Source: Marsupella aquatica
Lineage: Eukaryota; Plantae; Marchantiophyta
Assembly: GCA_973895155.1 (NCBI GenBank)
Contig: OZ316895.1
Span: 13,884,225 to 13,948,224 of the forward strand
Reading direction: 5' to 3'
DNA length: 64,000 nt
Below, one piece after another: positions 41,622 to 53,129 of the stretch. The notes under the pieces are model-generated. The model was not told the DNA's origin and did not search any database. It was given only the letters and a program-made list of their open reading frames with translations. Within the stretch, counting starts at the first letter, position 1, and each line of letters opens with the position of its first letter. The position numbers and the translations under genes were made by a program.

Positions 41622-43105
41622 TCGGAGTCGCGAGCGGAACTCAACTACCGTAACACTTAGCTGACTCCAACGCCAAGCTCCCTTATGGTCCAAGCCCGGA
41701 TAGGCCATCCGGGGAGGCCTTAGCATGGGGAGACTTATGGGCAATGGGACGTGGCACTGGCGAAGGCAAGGCGCCAAGCTAGTGACACACACTAAGGACT
41801 TAGACTAGCTGAGGGCTGGTCGGGTCAAGGGGAAAAGGGCCGGGCTCAAGGTCGACGGTCCAGACCTTTAGATGGGCTTTGAGTTCTGAGAGCTTGAGTG
41901 AGAGCTCCTCTTGGGCCCAAGGCCAATGAAGTTGACTCCATGGGCAACGGACGCTTGGGGTGCGAGTTATGGCCCCATCCGGGTTTGGCCGATTAAGGGT
42001 CCTGAGTGACGATGGGATTTGAGGGCCTAGGCATGAGCACTGGATCAGCCTGATCACAACAAGCTAAGGCACTCCGCTTGCAGATGCCTAACTAGAAAGT
42101 TATGGACATTGCCAATTGGTGGCACGCCCGGACATGCGGTTTGGGGTCCAGATGGGGGGCCAAAATTTGGGGACCAAAGTTGGTCCGGGGGTGGTAGGTC
42201 TCCAAAAGTATATATGAGGGGAGTGGTGTCTCCCTGGGGGCTAAGGGCGAGCCGAAGTCATGAGCTGCGGTGATCGCGACACTAAGGAAAAATGTTAAAC
42301 AGAAACGACGATAACTTCCCAATGAGAAGTCCGTTGGAGGACTTCTTGGATGCGTTAGAAATCTCTCAAGGAGGGCTACGTCTTTCTAAGCTCAGCTAGG
42401 TCTGGGGATGCCATAGATTCTTGGGGTTTGAGGGGGCTATATCACCTGTTTGCCAAATCCTCTCGAAACAGTAGCCAAGCCGCGTTCAATCTCTCACGAG
42501 AGCTTGTGTTGGGGAGGCAAGGCTAAGTAGGTATGGAGGTTGAGTTCCAAGGGCATTGGGCCCCTAGACCATAAATTGAAAGAGAACTGGGAGTTGGTTG
42601 CTAGAATCGGGGCCATTCTGGTCCCGACGTGTTGGGACAAGCTTTAGGACAAGCTACGCTATTTGGGCCATGAGCATGTCCGGGGGGCAGGACGGTCAGT
42701 TGGTGATGGATAGGTACAAGGGGGAACCTGGGCCGCGCCCAAGGCAGGAGCTGTTCTGGACGAATAGTGGGTGTTGGTTCTGGTTCTGGCTTATGGCGTC
42801 GGGAGGACCTATTGCTGACCTACTTACCAATGTTTGTTAAGCTTGAGTTGGGATGCTAGACTTGGGAGATCTAGATCCTAAGGGGTTACTTACCAAGATG
42901 TTTGGTTGCTTGTGCAGACAATGAGGACTGTTGAGTAGCGGTCGTGTTAGAGAGCAAGTGCGGCTTTGTATGGGAGGGTCCGTAGGCGGTGCAAAGGATG
43001 TCAAGTTGCTTGCTTGAGGTCTTTTGTGGAGGCATTCGGGCACCAGGGGCACTTAGGCATGGGTGTTGGGATTGATGAGGGCGCTGGGTGGCAAGGTCCA
43101 CCACT
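41622..43105. repeat. Right arm of the ~1.47-kb inverted repeat
   Basis: Inverted copy of 36318-37790; ORFs 36292-36537(+) and 42886-43200(-) share VVDLATQ.PHQSQH..SAQATKHLGK. Confidence 0.85.
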
Positions 43106-43399
43106 TTGCCATATCGTGTCATCCTGCTTTTTGGAGAAATGTGACTAGGCGAGGAAATATATACTAACCATAGTTGACTTGGATTTCTCTCGTCGCCCAA
43201 GTCTCCATGACAACTTCTACTAAATCAAAGACTTTCCTATGTACTCCTAAACTATGATACCAATGAATTTTCCTCATAGGGCAGTCGGGAGACATAGTAT
43301 TTGCATCCACTGTCAACGCTATGTGACAAGGATGGCGAACCTTCCCTCTTTCCAATTTGGACAGCAGAATTTGCGTGACTCTGCTATTGGCCCTCCCTC

Positions 43400-44055
43400 A
43401 TAATATAAAGTGTAAGTATGAACTAATACAATCTTCACTTTGATTTAAGATAAAAAAATTCAAGATTTACGTTTGGAATAGATACAAATTTCAAATATTT
43501 ATTTTTCCTCCAAAAATAAAATCACTTGGTAAATTAAAAAAATTATTAGGGATAGTTTATACAAATAATAAAGATTTGTATAGAATAAAAAAATTTATAT
43601 ATTAAAATTCTCCTCATAATCTAGTATCTATTCTTCATGACAAAGAGTGGTATGGGAATATTGGTTGATGAACCTAATCCTAAAATAAAAAAATTATTAT
43701 AATTGTTGGGTATGGAAAAATAGATGATTGAAAATATTTGTATCAAAATTATTTGAAAAGGATTCCTTGAAAAGTTTAAAATTAAAAAAACATTCTATAT
43801 TTATAATACATACACGAGGAGGATGATAAGTTATGATAGAAAGAACAATGAAATCTTTTGTTACCTATTAATTATTTAAAAACCGTGTGAAATTAAAATT
43901 GCATGGACGGTTTTGAAGGAGAGGATACTAATTTCCGACTTTAACTCACCAACTTCAGTAGTTGCTTTCCTTTCAATTACTTCTAAACTAGCAGCTATAG
44001 CTTTACTTGAATTTTTAATATTGTTTTTGTCTTTCCACCAAATGAATGGAAAAAT
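43400..44055 (+). pseudogene. ndhB: NUPT: plastid ndhB group II intron (3' part) plus the start of exon 2
   Basis: Very AT-rich tract ending in a group II domain V-like AACCGTGTGAAATTAAAATTGCATGGACGGTT and ..CGACTTTAAC, then SPTSVVAFLSITSKLAAIAL..PNEWK from 43946 (ndhB exon 2 begins SPTPVVAFLSVTSK); frameshifted. The left boundary is approximate. Confidence 0.78.
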
Positions 44056-44264
44056 AAATCTACACACACAGTTGTTGTCCAAACCCAGAAAAAAATACAC
44101 ACAGGGATCTCTCCATCTACCTTTTTTTTTTCTTCTGATGCAAAGGTATGGATGTGACCAGTAATCCTGTCCCTTTCAGACAAAAACAAGTATACTTTAG
44201 TGACTCGAATTATCTTAGAGGAACATGTAGCACAATTGTAGGTATCAATTAATCATCAATCAAA

Positions 44265-44700
44265 CACTATAATATCCTCCTACAAAAAAATATTTTGTTT
44301 ATTTATAAAGTAAGAAAAGAGTGGGGGTTCATGAATCAATAAATAGTTTTTGAATTGATGAAGTAAAGCTTTAAATACATAAAAAGTAAAAACTATTAAT
44401 TTGCTTATGAAAAATGAAAAATAAAATTGAACTAAAACACAAATATTATTTACTAACACGCAACCATGCTTGGACTATTTCAAGCAGTGGACTATAATAT
44501 CCTATCCTACAAAACATATTTTGTCTCTCTATTAAATAAGAAAATAGTGAGAGTTCATGAATAAAGAAATGCTTTTAGAATTGATGAATTAAAGCTTTAA
44601 ATATATAGAAAAAAACTATTTAATTATTCATGAAAAACAAAAATAAAACAGAACGAAAAAAAAATATTCTTTCCTATTGTGCAACCATGCTTGGAGTATA
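44265..44700. repeat. Two-copy ~225-bp AT-rich tandem duplication
   Basis: ACTATAATATCCT..GAATTGATGAA.TAAAGCTTTAAATA..GCAACCATGCTTGGA at about 44266-44475 and 44491-44695. Confidence 0.75.
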
Positions 44701-45151
44701 TGACACAAGGTTGTAGTATCCATCTACTTTGTGCTCTAACCTTTGCCCTCCCAGACTACTACACTTTTGTAAAAAATAGCACGACCAAAATAACATTCTA
44801 CAACCACAACAACCAGTTGAAACAATAACACTTTTGCACCCACAAACTATGATCATTATTCCAGTGGATACCATGGTCCTCTTATCAAGTTTGACATTTA
44901 TCATGCCAAGGAAAACCTGGGAACCAAAACCGGGAGGGGGAGGCTCGAGCCTACACCCTTCCCTCATGTGCATGGAAGGGAGAAGGGGGGGGGGGGGCAA
45001 GGATCCAAGAGGACAAAAATCCTCCTTGATCCTTGCCCCTCCCACTTCTCGCGAGAGTACTCCTTTTTCCCCCCTTCCACATGAGTATGGTAGTTCTCTA
45101 TTGAAATAAATAAAGGCTTCACCACGTGCAGTCTCTTAATTTGCATAATCT

Positions 45152-48100
45152 GAGATTTATTGTTTTGCCACCGTTTTTTTGCAAAATTACTACCTTGCCA
45201 TGGTTTTTAGATTATTTACTAGAATGCCACCTTTGTGCAGCAATGGTTAAGTTAACCATCTATGGTTAACTCATACTCATCCGACGACCAAAATCATGCC
45301 ACATGTCTGCATCCAATGGCGGGGATTTCCCTCAAAAATCCCTACCCACCTTGTTCTGCCCCAGCTGAAGGGGTTCGTTGCCTAGTGTGAGCTCACCCTT
45401 GCCTGCCCTCTCCCACTGTCAAAAACCTCTCCCTGGTATTCTTGGTTTGTTCCTATCAATCCCATCGCCTCCTAATCTTTGCTTTTAGGGTAGGAGCAAA
45501 ACACAAACATTGCACTCATGTTTTTCTCAAAGAAAATGTGATTTGAATACAGGACTTGCAATTTCGCCAAAGGAAACGGGAGTTGACAGTGACAGTAGAC
45601 CTTCCACTTCCGTGTCATATATCTTTGCATCGGGTAGGTCAAAATGAGCGTGGAGTAGCTTGTTAGAGTCATGACTTCCCCCTCCATATTCTCCCCTCCC
45701 CTCCACTCTTTCTCTTGCCTCCATAGCCACTACATTCAAGTCTTGTTTTCCCCAAAGAAAATGCAATTTTTCTGTCAAAAAATCAATTTTTTTGCAGCAC
45801 AATCCACCTGAACTTCGATTAGCATAACTTTGGATTGGATTGACAAAAACGAGCATGGAGTCGCTCGTTGGAACCACAATTCTCCCCTCCATAGTCTCCC
45901 CTCCACTCCCCTCCCTCTCCTACCTCCATAGCCACTACATTCAAATCGTGTTTTCCCCAAAGAAACACAACTTTTCTGTCGAAAAATCAATTTTCTGGCA
46001 GCACAGTCCACCTGAACTTCGATTAGCATATCTTTGGACTTGATAGACAAAAACGAGCGTGGAGTAGCTCGTTGGAACCACAATTCCACCCTCCATAGTC
46101 TCCCCTCCACTCCCTCCCTGTCGTGCCTCCATAGCCACTACATTCAGATCGCAAATTCCCCTGCAAAAATTAGTTTTTTTCAGCAGCATAGTTTGTTCAA
46201 CTTTGATTTGACATATCTTTGGGTTGGGCAGGCAAAAATGAGCGTGGAGTAGCTTGTTGGGATCGTGGTTTCCCCCTCCATAAAGTCCTCTCCTCTCCCA
46301 TCCCTTTACTACCTCCACATTAGACCATTTTACCCCTAGATTGCTGCCCTAATTGAGTTGTGATTTCTGTCGATTTTCATTGAAATCTCAGAAGTTGTTG
46401 ACTTTGCGATTCTGATTTGTCTTGGAGATTTTGTAAGTAGGCAACATTGCAAGAGAGGGCAAGCTTGGGGAAGAATGGATTGTCTACAATCAACTTCTTG
46501 GAGGAGTTTTGTGGCCTGGTCTTGGCTTGAGATTCAACCCAAATTTCAAGCTTGTAGCTGGACTTATGAGCAATTGTTTCTGGTTTTCAAATGAATGACT
46601 AGAATGCATCATTGCTCTAGGGTATGCTCAGCCTGCTTCAATTGACTTTGCCCATGGAAATTTTAGATTCCGTTGGCTACAATTCACCAGGTTGAGCATA
46701 GAGAGCTAAGTCAAGAGCTACTGATCAATCTAGTTCCTAGGAACTTCCACAATGTAATAATGTTTAACGCAATATATGTTTTGAAGACTATTTTGAATGT
46801 GTTTCAATTGTCCAATTACATTTTACATTGTGCACAATCCACAAGTGTTTGCTTTCAATTTGTTATTGGAACTACATACTGGAGCCAAGAACAAGTAATA
46901 TTGATTATCTCCTTCGTCCTCAAAAAATTGTCATGAATTTCTACTGGATGTTGAATTTGAACCCAAGACACATTGCCCAGGTTGTCATTCAATCTCTACT
47001 TATCCTGTAACACACTAGCTAATAAGTGAGAGTAAAATCCATGTTCACTGTCTCGCTGAGAATTAACAAATTTGTGACTGATTGAGACATCACTGATATA
47101 TCTAGAACTTCTTGACTAAGTTCTCCTCCTTCATTATCAGAGATGTAAGCATCCTTTCTGCTTGCCACTGCATCAACAGCAAACTCTAGATCATCATCAT
47201 ATTCACAATCTGACAAATCATCTTCTGACAACTCATCTTTTGCCTGTGCATGAGCATCTGCCAACTCCTCAAGGTCCACATTGTTCTCCTGGTCTGAGAC
47301 TTCTTCTTCACTGTCCTCTGTTGGCCCTCTACCTCTTGCTTGGGACAACATTGCATCACGAGCTGGGCACTTTCTCCTATCATGCCCAAGTTCCTTACAA
47401 TGGCATGTTGTCTAGGTCTTCGAGCTGGATCCTCTGGTGCAAATCTTGGTCGTGCCTTTTCTGATGGGCGGCCCCTCTTCCACTTGACCAATGGCTCTCC
47501 ACAAGCATTGTTTGGCACAAGGCCATCCTGCAAAATTGCTGGCACACCTGCTGAATATGTCTGCTGAAATGTGACAGTAGAATAAAATTTAGAAACATAG
47601 TCATATTGACGCTTGTGCAACCTGGTGCAAGCCCTCCATGCATGGACGCAAGGCAGCAAAATGTCCTGCCAATCTCCACAACTGCATTTCCATTCAGGTT
47701 CAAATTCGACCAAAAATTGTTTGCGTAAAAAGTCAGTAGCTCTACACTCAGTAGGAGATGAAGCATCAGCAATGAGAAGGGAGGCCTTCTCCTCAGTATG
47801 CCTCAATAGAGTCATAATGTTGGGAGGAAAGGGTGTAGTGATTGATTCAGCAAGTTGTCGCTTCTCAAAATACTTCGTCATCATGTAGTCCCATAACATA
47901 TTGGACTGCTTGAAAGCCACTTCTTGTTGTTGTGGCTTCAAAGCCCTATTCAAGCTTTCAGCTTGCTGACTGGTTTCATGGCCCCATCTGCCAACCAAAA
48001 TTGTTGGTGAGAATAGTCACAAGCAACAGTACAACTGACATATGATATTCAGACAAACTTGTCATATACCTTTTAACTGGACATAAAGCTCAAGAATAGT

Positions 48101-49030
48101 GTTTTGGGTCTGCTGTCCTTTCAATGTACTTCGCAAGCCTTGTATTCTTGGCTTTAATTCGATCGAGCCTCCTCTTGAATTGTTCTGGAGAGGTAGCGTA
48201 CACCAAAGGCTCAAAATCTTTTTGTGCTTGCTTGTTGAAGTGCGTCCTACAGAAAAACCAATGAGTGAGTGATGCAATGATATTTATGCAAGTTACTATC
48301 AACAAGAAACATTTACACAATAAGTGAGGATGTAAAAAGTGGTGTACCTGCAATTATCTCCAAGATGCCAGGAGCAGAAGGCATGAAATCCCCTTGGGAA
48401 AATTTCTACCACACCATTCAACAAACCCTTTTCTCTGTCTGAAATGAAGACAGTTCCTGGTAGGGCCAACTCAGGTATAGCATCTCTAATTAATTGTAAA
48501 AATCTTAACCATTGTGTGGGGTTTTCAGTGGGAACCATACAATAGGCAAGCATGAGCACATAATTGTTTGCATCCATTGCGGTGGCTATAAGCAAAATCT
48601 GCGGGTAAGAAGATCTTGTGTGAGTCCCATCAAATGCTACAAAGGGTCTGCAATGCTTGAAGGCCTCTCGAGCTGCCCCGGGGCTAACAAACAACATCTC
48701 AAACCTACCATCTGGTGCAGAATACTTTGCTGTAGCCATGGGATCCCGCTGCATAATGTGGTGACAGTGCCCTGGAATTAAGAAAAATGAGTCTTTTTCT
48801 TTTCCATCCAATCTGTCCAAAGCTCTTTTCTTTGCTGCATATGCAGTGTGATATTGTATGTTTGGGTGAATAAGAGCTTGAGCTGTATCTCGCAATGATG
48901 AGGCCCTGGTCTGCCTATTTCTCATGATGATATCAATGATTTTCTGTGCAAGACAGTCTGAGTTTGTATGCATGCGTTTCTTCCAATGGTCTGCTGCCTC
49001 ACAACTATGATCTGTGTGTGCCTTGGTGAT
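45152..49030 (-). mobile_element. Mutator-like element (MULE), 3' part; the 5' part lies beyond the Gypsy insertion, outside the window
   Basis: Mutator-like terminus GAGATTTATTGTTTTGCCAC.. at 45152; subterminal ~190-bp repeats at 45560-46320; MuDR-type transposase downstream of the Gypsy junction. Confidence 0.82.
47019..49030 (-). pseudogene. MuDR-type transposase (DDE + SWIM + Zn knuckle), interrupted at 49030
   Basis: ITKAHTDHSC, AFKHCRPFVAFDGTH, AMDANN..LAY..VPTEN..W..FL, FISDREKGL, HAFCSWHL, TSQQAESLN, SWIM CSCGDWQDILLPCVH, knuckle CHCKELGHDRRKC, acidic tail; introns at about 48347-48247 and near 48060-47995. Confidence 0.9.
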
Positions 49031-49635
49031 TGTCGTGCGCATACACATCGCTACACAACATACATCGCTTGTCACACATATCCAAACATAGTCACAATCT
49101 AACGACACAAACCTAAGAGAATGATCTACAAATGGAACCCATGTCCATACATGCCCAAAATCCACAATAATCTTCTTCAATAGTGCAAATTGAACAACGA
49201 TCGATGCTAATCCAACAACGATCCCATCCGACGCGATCACACATGTATGTCAAGCCCAATGCACCTTATGCTTCAAGGAATCCACGTTATATGCACACAA
49301 CCTAGTCAGCCACACCATAGCCACCAAGCTCATGCTCAAAGGCTCAACATTGAAAGATGAGGCCTTTGAGCCAACACAAGGGGATAACTATCCCTCACAC
49401 CAACTCAAACTAAACATAGTGCTCATATAGCACACATACAAAACCTCTATACCTAGATAGTACGATATACTTTACTACCACTCTAAATGGTGTGACAGCT
49501 GTCGTGCGCATACACATCGCTACACAACATACATCGCTTGTCACACATATCCAAGCATAGTCACAATCTAACGACACAAACCTAAGAGAATGATCTACAA
49601 ATGGAACCCATGTCCATACATGCCCAAAACCCACA
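49031..49635 (-). repeat. Gypsy 3' terminal repeat block, A'-GC-B-A in element orientation
   Basis: 49031-49166 and 49500-49635 are 136-bp direct repeats with 2 mismatches; B (49168 onward) matches 57586-57687 plus 63990-64000. Confidence 0.9.
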
Positions 49636-49812
49636 ATCGCCCCCTTAGCTGGGAGTGAGGTCCCCTAACTCTAGCTAGCCATGAGTTCTACAAGGTTGAT
49701 ATACACCTTTTTTTAGGTGTGAAGATCAGGAGGCCGGGTGCAAGTGAGCCCCATCGATCACCTACCTGCAATCTATATCTTCCACAAGAACACAAATGAT
49801 AACTAGTCGGCA

Positions 49813-49960
49813 TCACTGATATTGAGGACACAACCATGATCCACTAGGAATCATGTGCAAGGGTGGTGTCAAACACGACATGTGCCATCCTCTAGAACAT
49901 CGATCACAAATCAACATAGTAGTTGCTCCCTCAGCAGACCCACACAACATACACTTCAGG
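49813..49960 (-). pseudogene. PHD finger at the integrase C-terminus
   Basis: CMLCGSAEGATTMLICDRCSRGWHMSCLTPPLHMIPSGSWLCPQY fits the C4HC3 PHD pattern (last Cys decayed to Tyr). Confidence 0.9.
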
Positions 49961-52805
49961 CCAGCACGAACATGTGCCAAGCTTGGATCCACAGTACCAT
50001 CAATGTTTGGAAGATGACATGACACACAATTACGCACATGATCCTTCCAAACCATACCATCACGTCCTTCCAACATAAGGACTCCAGAAGGCAACACTTC
50101 ATGCACACGTAAGATTGTCCACCTTGCGGTCACATCAAGCGTCGTTGGTGCTGTCTGCTACAAATAAACATAATCGCCAGGATGAAATCTTCTAATCCTC
50201 GTGCGATAACCTCCTCCACGAATAGTAGTATACCGCAAAGTATCACAATGTTGGGCAATAGCAAGGTTGTCAAAGGCCATGGCATGACTCTCTCAAAAAC
50301 TCATGCCCTCTCTAAACAAACCTTGACCCAAATATCTGGATCATCCAAATCTACAACAGTTGCAACATCACGACGAATAGCTGCCGGCAAATCTGGTTTT
50401 CTACCATAGAGCAAGAAATAAGGTGAGAAGGATGCAAGTGATGCTTGTTGACTGAAACGGTAGCCCATAGCTAACCAAGGTAGTTGGAGATCCCAGTCTC
50501 CCAAATGACCAACCTGCAAGCCATACTTACGTAATCCTCTCTTCATAGTTTGTACAACTCTCTCTGCCAATCCATCTGCCTCAAGATGATCGCGAGAAGT
50601 AGTACGATGATCAATCAGAGCTTGCTCACACAAACCCTCAAAATCTCCATGGAATTCCGTGACCTGATCAGTCAACACCTCAACTGGTGCTCCAAAGTGA
50701 CTGAGTACTCGATCCAAAAATGTGGTAGCCACTCCTCCACTAGCTTTGTCTGGCAATGCCACTAGTTCAATCCACTTGGAGAAGTGCTCCACCATAACCA
50801 AAACATACCGATTATGACGTTGGGTAAAAGGCAATGGACCAGCAAAGTCCAAACTCCATGGATATCCCAAACCCATGATCGGCAACGGATGCAACTGGGG
50901 AGTGGGAGCATTGAACGATGCCCGAACTCGATCACAAACCACACACTTAGCTATCAATTGCTGGACATCAGTGTGCATACCACGCCACCAATACTACGTC
51001 TGCAACAAGCTATAAGTGCGCTTCACACCGAAGTGCCCTAAATCTTTGTGCGCATGTCGCACCAAATGTACTTGTTGTGACGGTTTTGGTACAACCAACA
51101 CCTTCCCATCATGTAGTACCCTCAAAAGATGGTTTCCTTCCCATCAAAATCTCTTGGCTCGTTGTAGAACCCTATCACGATCCTTAGCATCAACATTGCC
51201 ACCAATGGAGCCACCATGCAAATATTCCAACACTCTCACATCGTTGTGAATATCTTGCTGTTCAAAAACTACATCACCAACATCCATATCTGAAGACTCA
51301 TCATCTACTCCATCCAATGAAGTAGAGTCTATAGATCCACTGCATGCTGGCACCCAACAAAGGAAAGCAGATGCATGCCATCCTGGCACCATCTCCTTAT
51401 CTGTCTCATCATGCCATCGGGCTCCAGTCTCATCCTCTTGACTGGTACATGGATTGCGGCTCAACCCATCTGCATCCAAATTTACTTTTCCAGGTCTATG
51501 CACAACCTGAAAATCATACTCCTGCAAAAACAATGCCCATCGTGCAAGCTTCCCTCTAAGCTTATCAGACTCCATTAACCACTTGAGAGGTTGATGATCA
51601 GTGATCAAGGTGAACAAATTACCAAACAAATAGCAACAAAAATGTGCCACAGCCCACACTGCTGCCAAATACTCTCCCTCATAAGAGCTATACTTAGCCT
51701 CTGCTAAATTGTTGGATCTACTGGCATACGCCACAACAAACTCATTCCCCTCATTATCCTTCTGAGTCAACACTGCTCCAAGCCCTACTCCACTCCAATC
51801 AGTGTGAAGCTGAAATGGTCGCCCTGAAATGGGTCTTCTCAAAATAGGTGTTGACGCCAGTCTTTCCTTCAACTCTTGGAAAGCATGCTCCTGGTTGTCT
51901 CCCCAAATCCACTCCTGATCCAACTTAGTGAGGATAGTTAAAGGTTCAGCAAGCTGGCTAAATCCTTTAACATACCTCCTATAGTAGCTCGCCAATCCTA
52001 AGAATGCACGAACTCTGCTCACATTAGTAGGATGAAGAATCTGTGTAATGGCCTCCATTTTAGTCTGTTGCACACCCAATCCTCTTGGGTAGATAGTGTG
52101 GCCCAAATACTCAATCTTCTCTTGAAAGAACTTACACTTGCCGGGATGGAGCTTCAATCCATGTTCCCTCAATCTCTCAAACACAATCTGCAAGTGTCTC
52201 TGATGTTCTTCCATAGTAGAAGAATAAACCAAAATATCATCAATATAACAGCTGACAAAATCCAAACCTGCAAGGATTCGATCCATGACTCTCTGGAACT
52301 CAACTGGTGCATTCTTCAACCCAAATGGTAAGAACAACCACTGATACAAATGATCTTTGCCATAAAAATCAATCTCCCAGAATGTTGTCTTGGACCTGTC
52401 AGAATGCCTAATTGGCAACTGATGGTACCCCGCCTTGAGGGTCCAACGAACTAAAAATCCTTGCATGCCCCACTGCATCAAAGATCTCCTCCGGTGTGGG
52501 CATGGCATATCGATCAGATTTTATCTGACAATTAATAGGCCGGTAATCACCGCACATTCGCCTATCTGTGTAATTGTCATCAGCACATCCTTCTTGGCTG
52601 GCATCACTGTGGCAGATGCATACTCTCTATATGAAATCTCCACCAAACCAGCTTCCAACAAATCCTGAGTTCTACTCTGGATCAATGCCCTCTCCATATC
52701 ACTATATCGGTATGGTCGTCGAAAGATTGGCGCATCACTAGCCAATTCAATCTGAATACCAGGGCCCTTCAATGTTCCCAAATCTTTCATGCTAAATGCA
52801 AACAA
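49961..52805 (-). pseudogene. Gypsy pol: reverse transcriptase, RNase H and DDE integrase
   Basis: PIFRRPYRYS, LKAGYHQL, LPFGLKNAP..FQRVMD, YIDDILVYS, LHTDWS, ITDHQPL, NLDADGLSR; integrase HHCC (HAHKDLGH..CVVC), WSLDFAGP, LTDQ.TEF, DGLAERVV; several stops and frameshifts. Confidence 0.95.
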
Positions 52806-53129
52806 TTCCAGTAACTCTTCAAGAATTGATGCATTCGACGTCTCTCACCCCCTGTCAACTTAGGGCCAATTTGTGGCTCCCAACTCTACATCAAAGCTGT
52901 GATGTCTTCCTTTGGGGTTGAAGAGATAGTAGGTGGTTGCTATTTAGCAACAATTTGAGCAGTCCCAACCTGCTCAACAATCTGTCCTGCATTGGCCAAT
53001 CCTGCCATAGGTCCATGGACTGTCTGCTCGCCCCCAGCTATGGTCGCTACTGTCTAAGTAGACCGCAAGCTCACCAATGGACGATCAGTAACACCAAAAG
53101 AGCGCATCCGCAATTGTTCAGCTAATCCC

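Noticed and set aside
48299-49240. N-terminal ~70 aa of the 313-aa ORF as part of the MULE transposase
   Set aside because: Sequence above 49030 is Gypsy terminal repeat read through by chance; the same peptide recurs in ORF 49410-49634.
49640-49812. Tyrosine recombinase that would make the element a DIRS/Ngaro type
   Set aside because: Only about 170 bp lie between the PHD stop and the PPT, and I saw no R-H-R-Y motifs elsewhere; the integrase is a DDE type.
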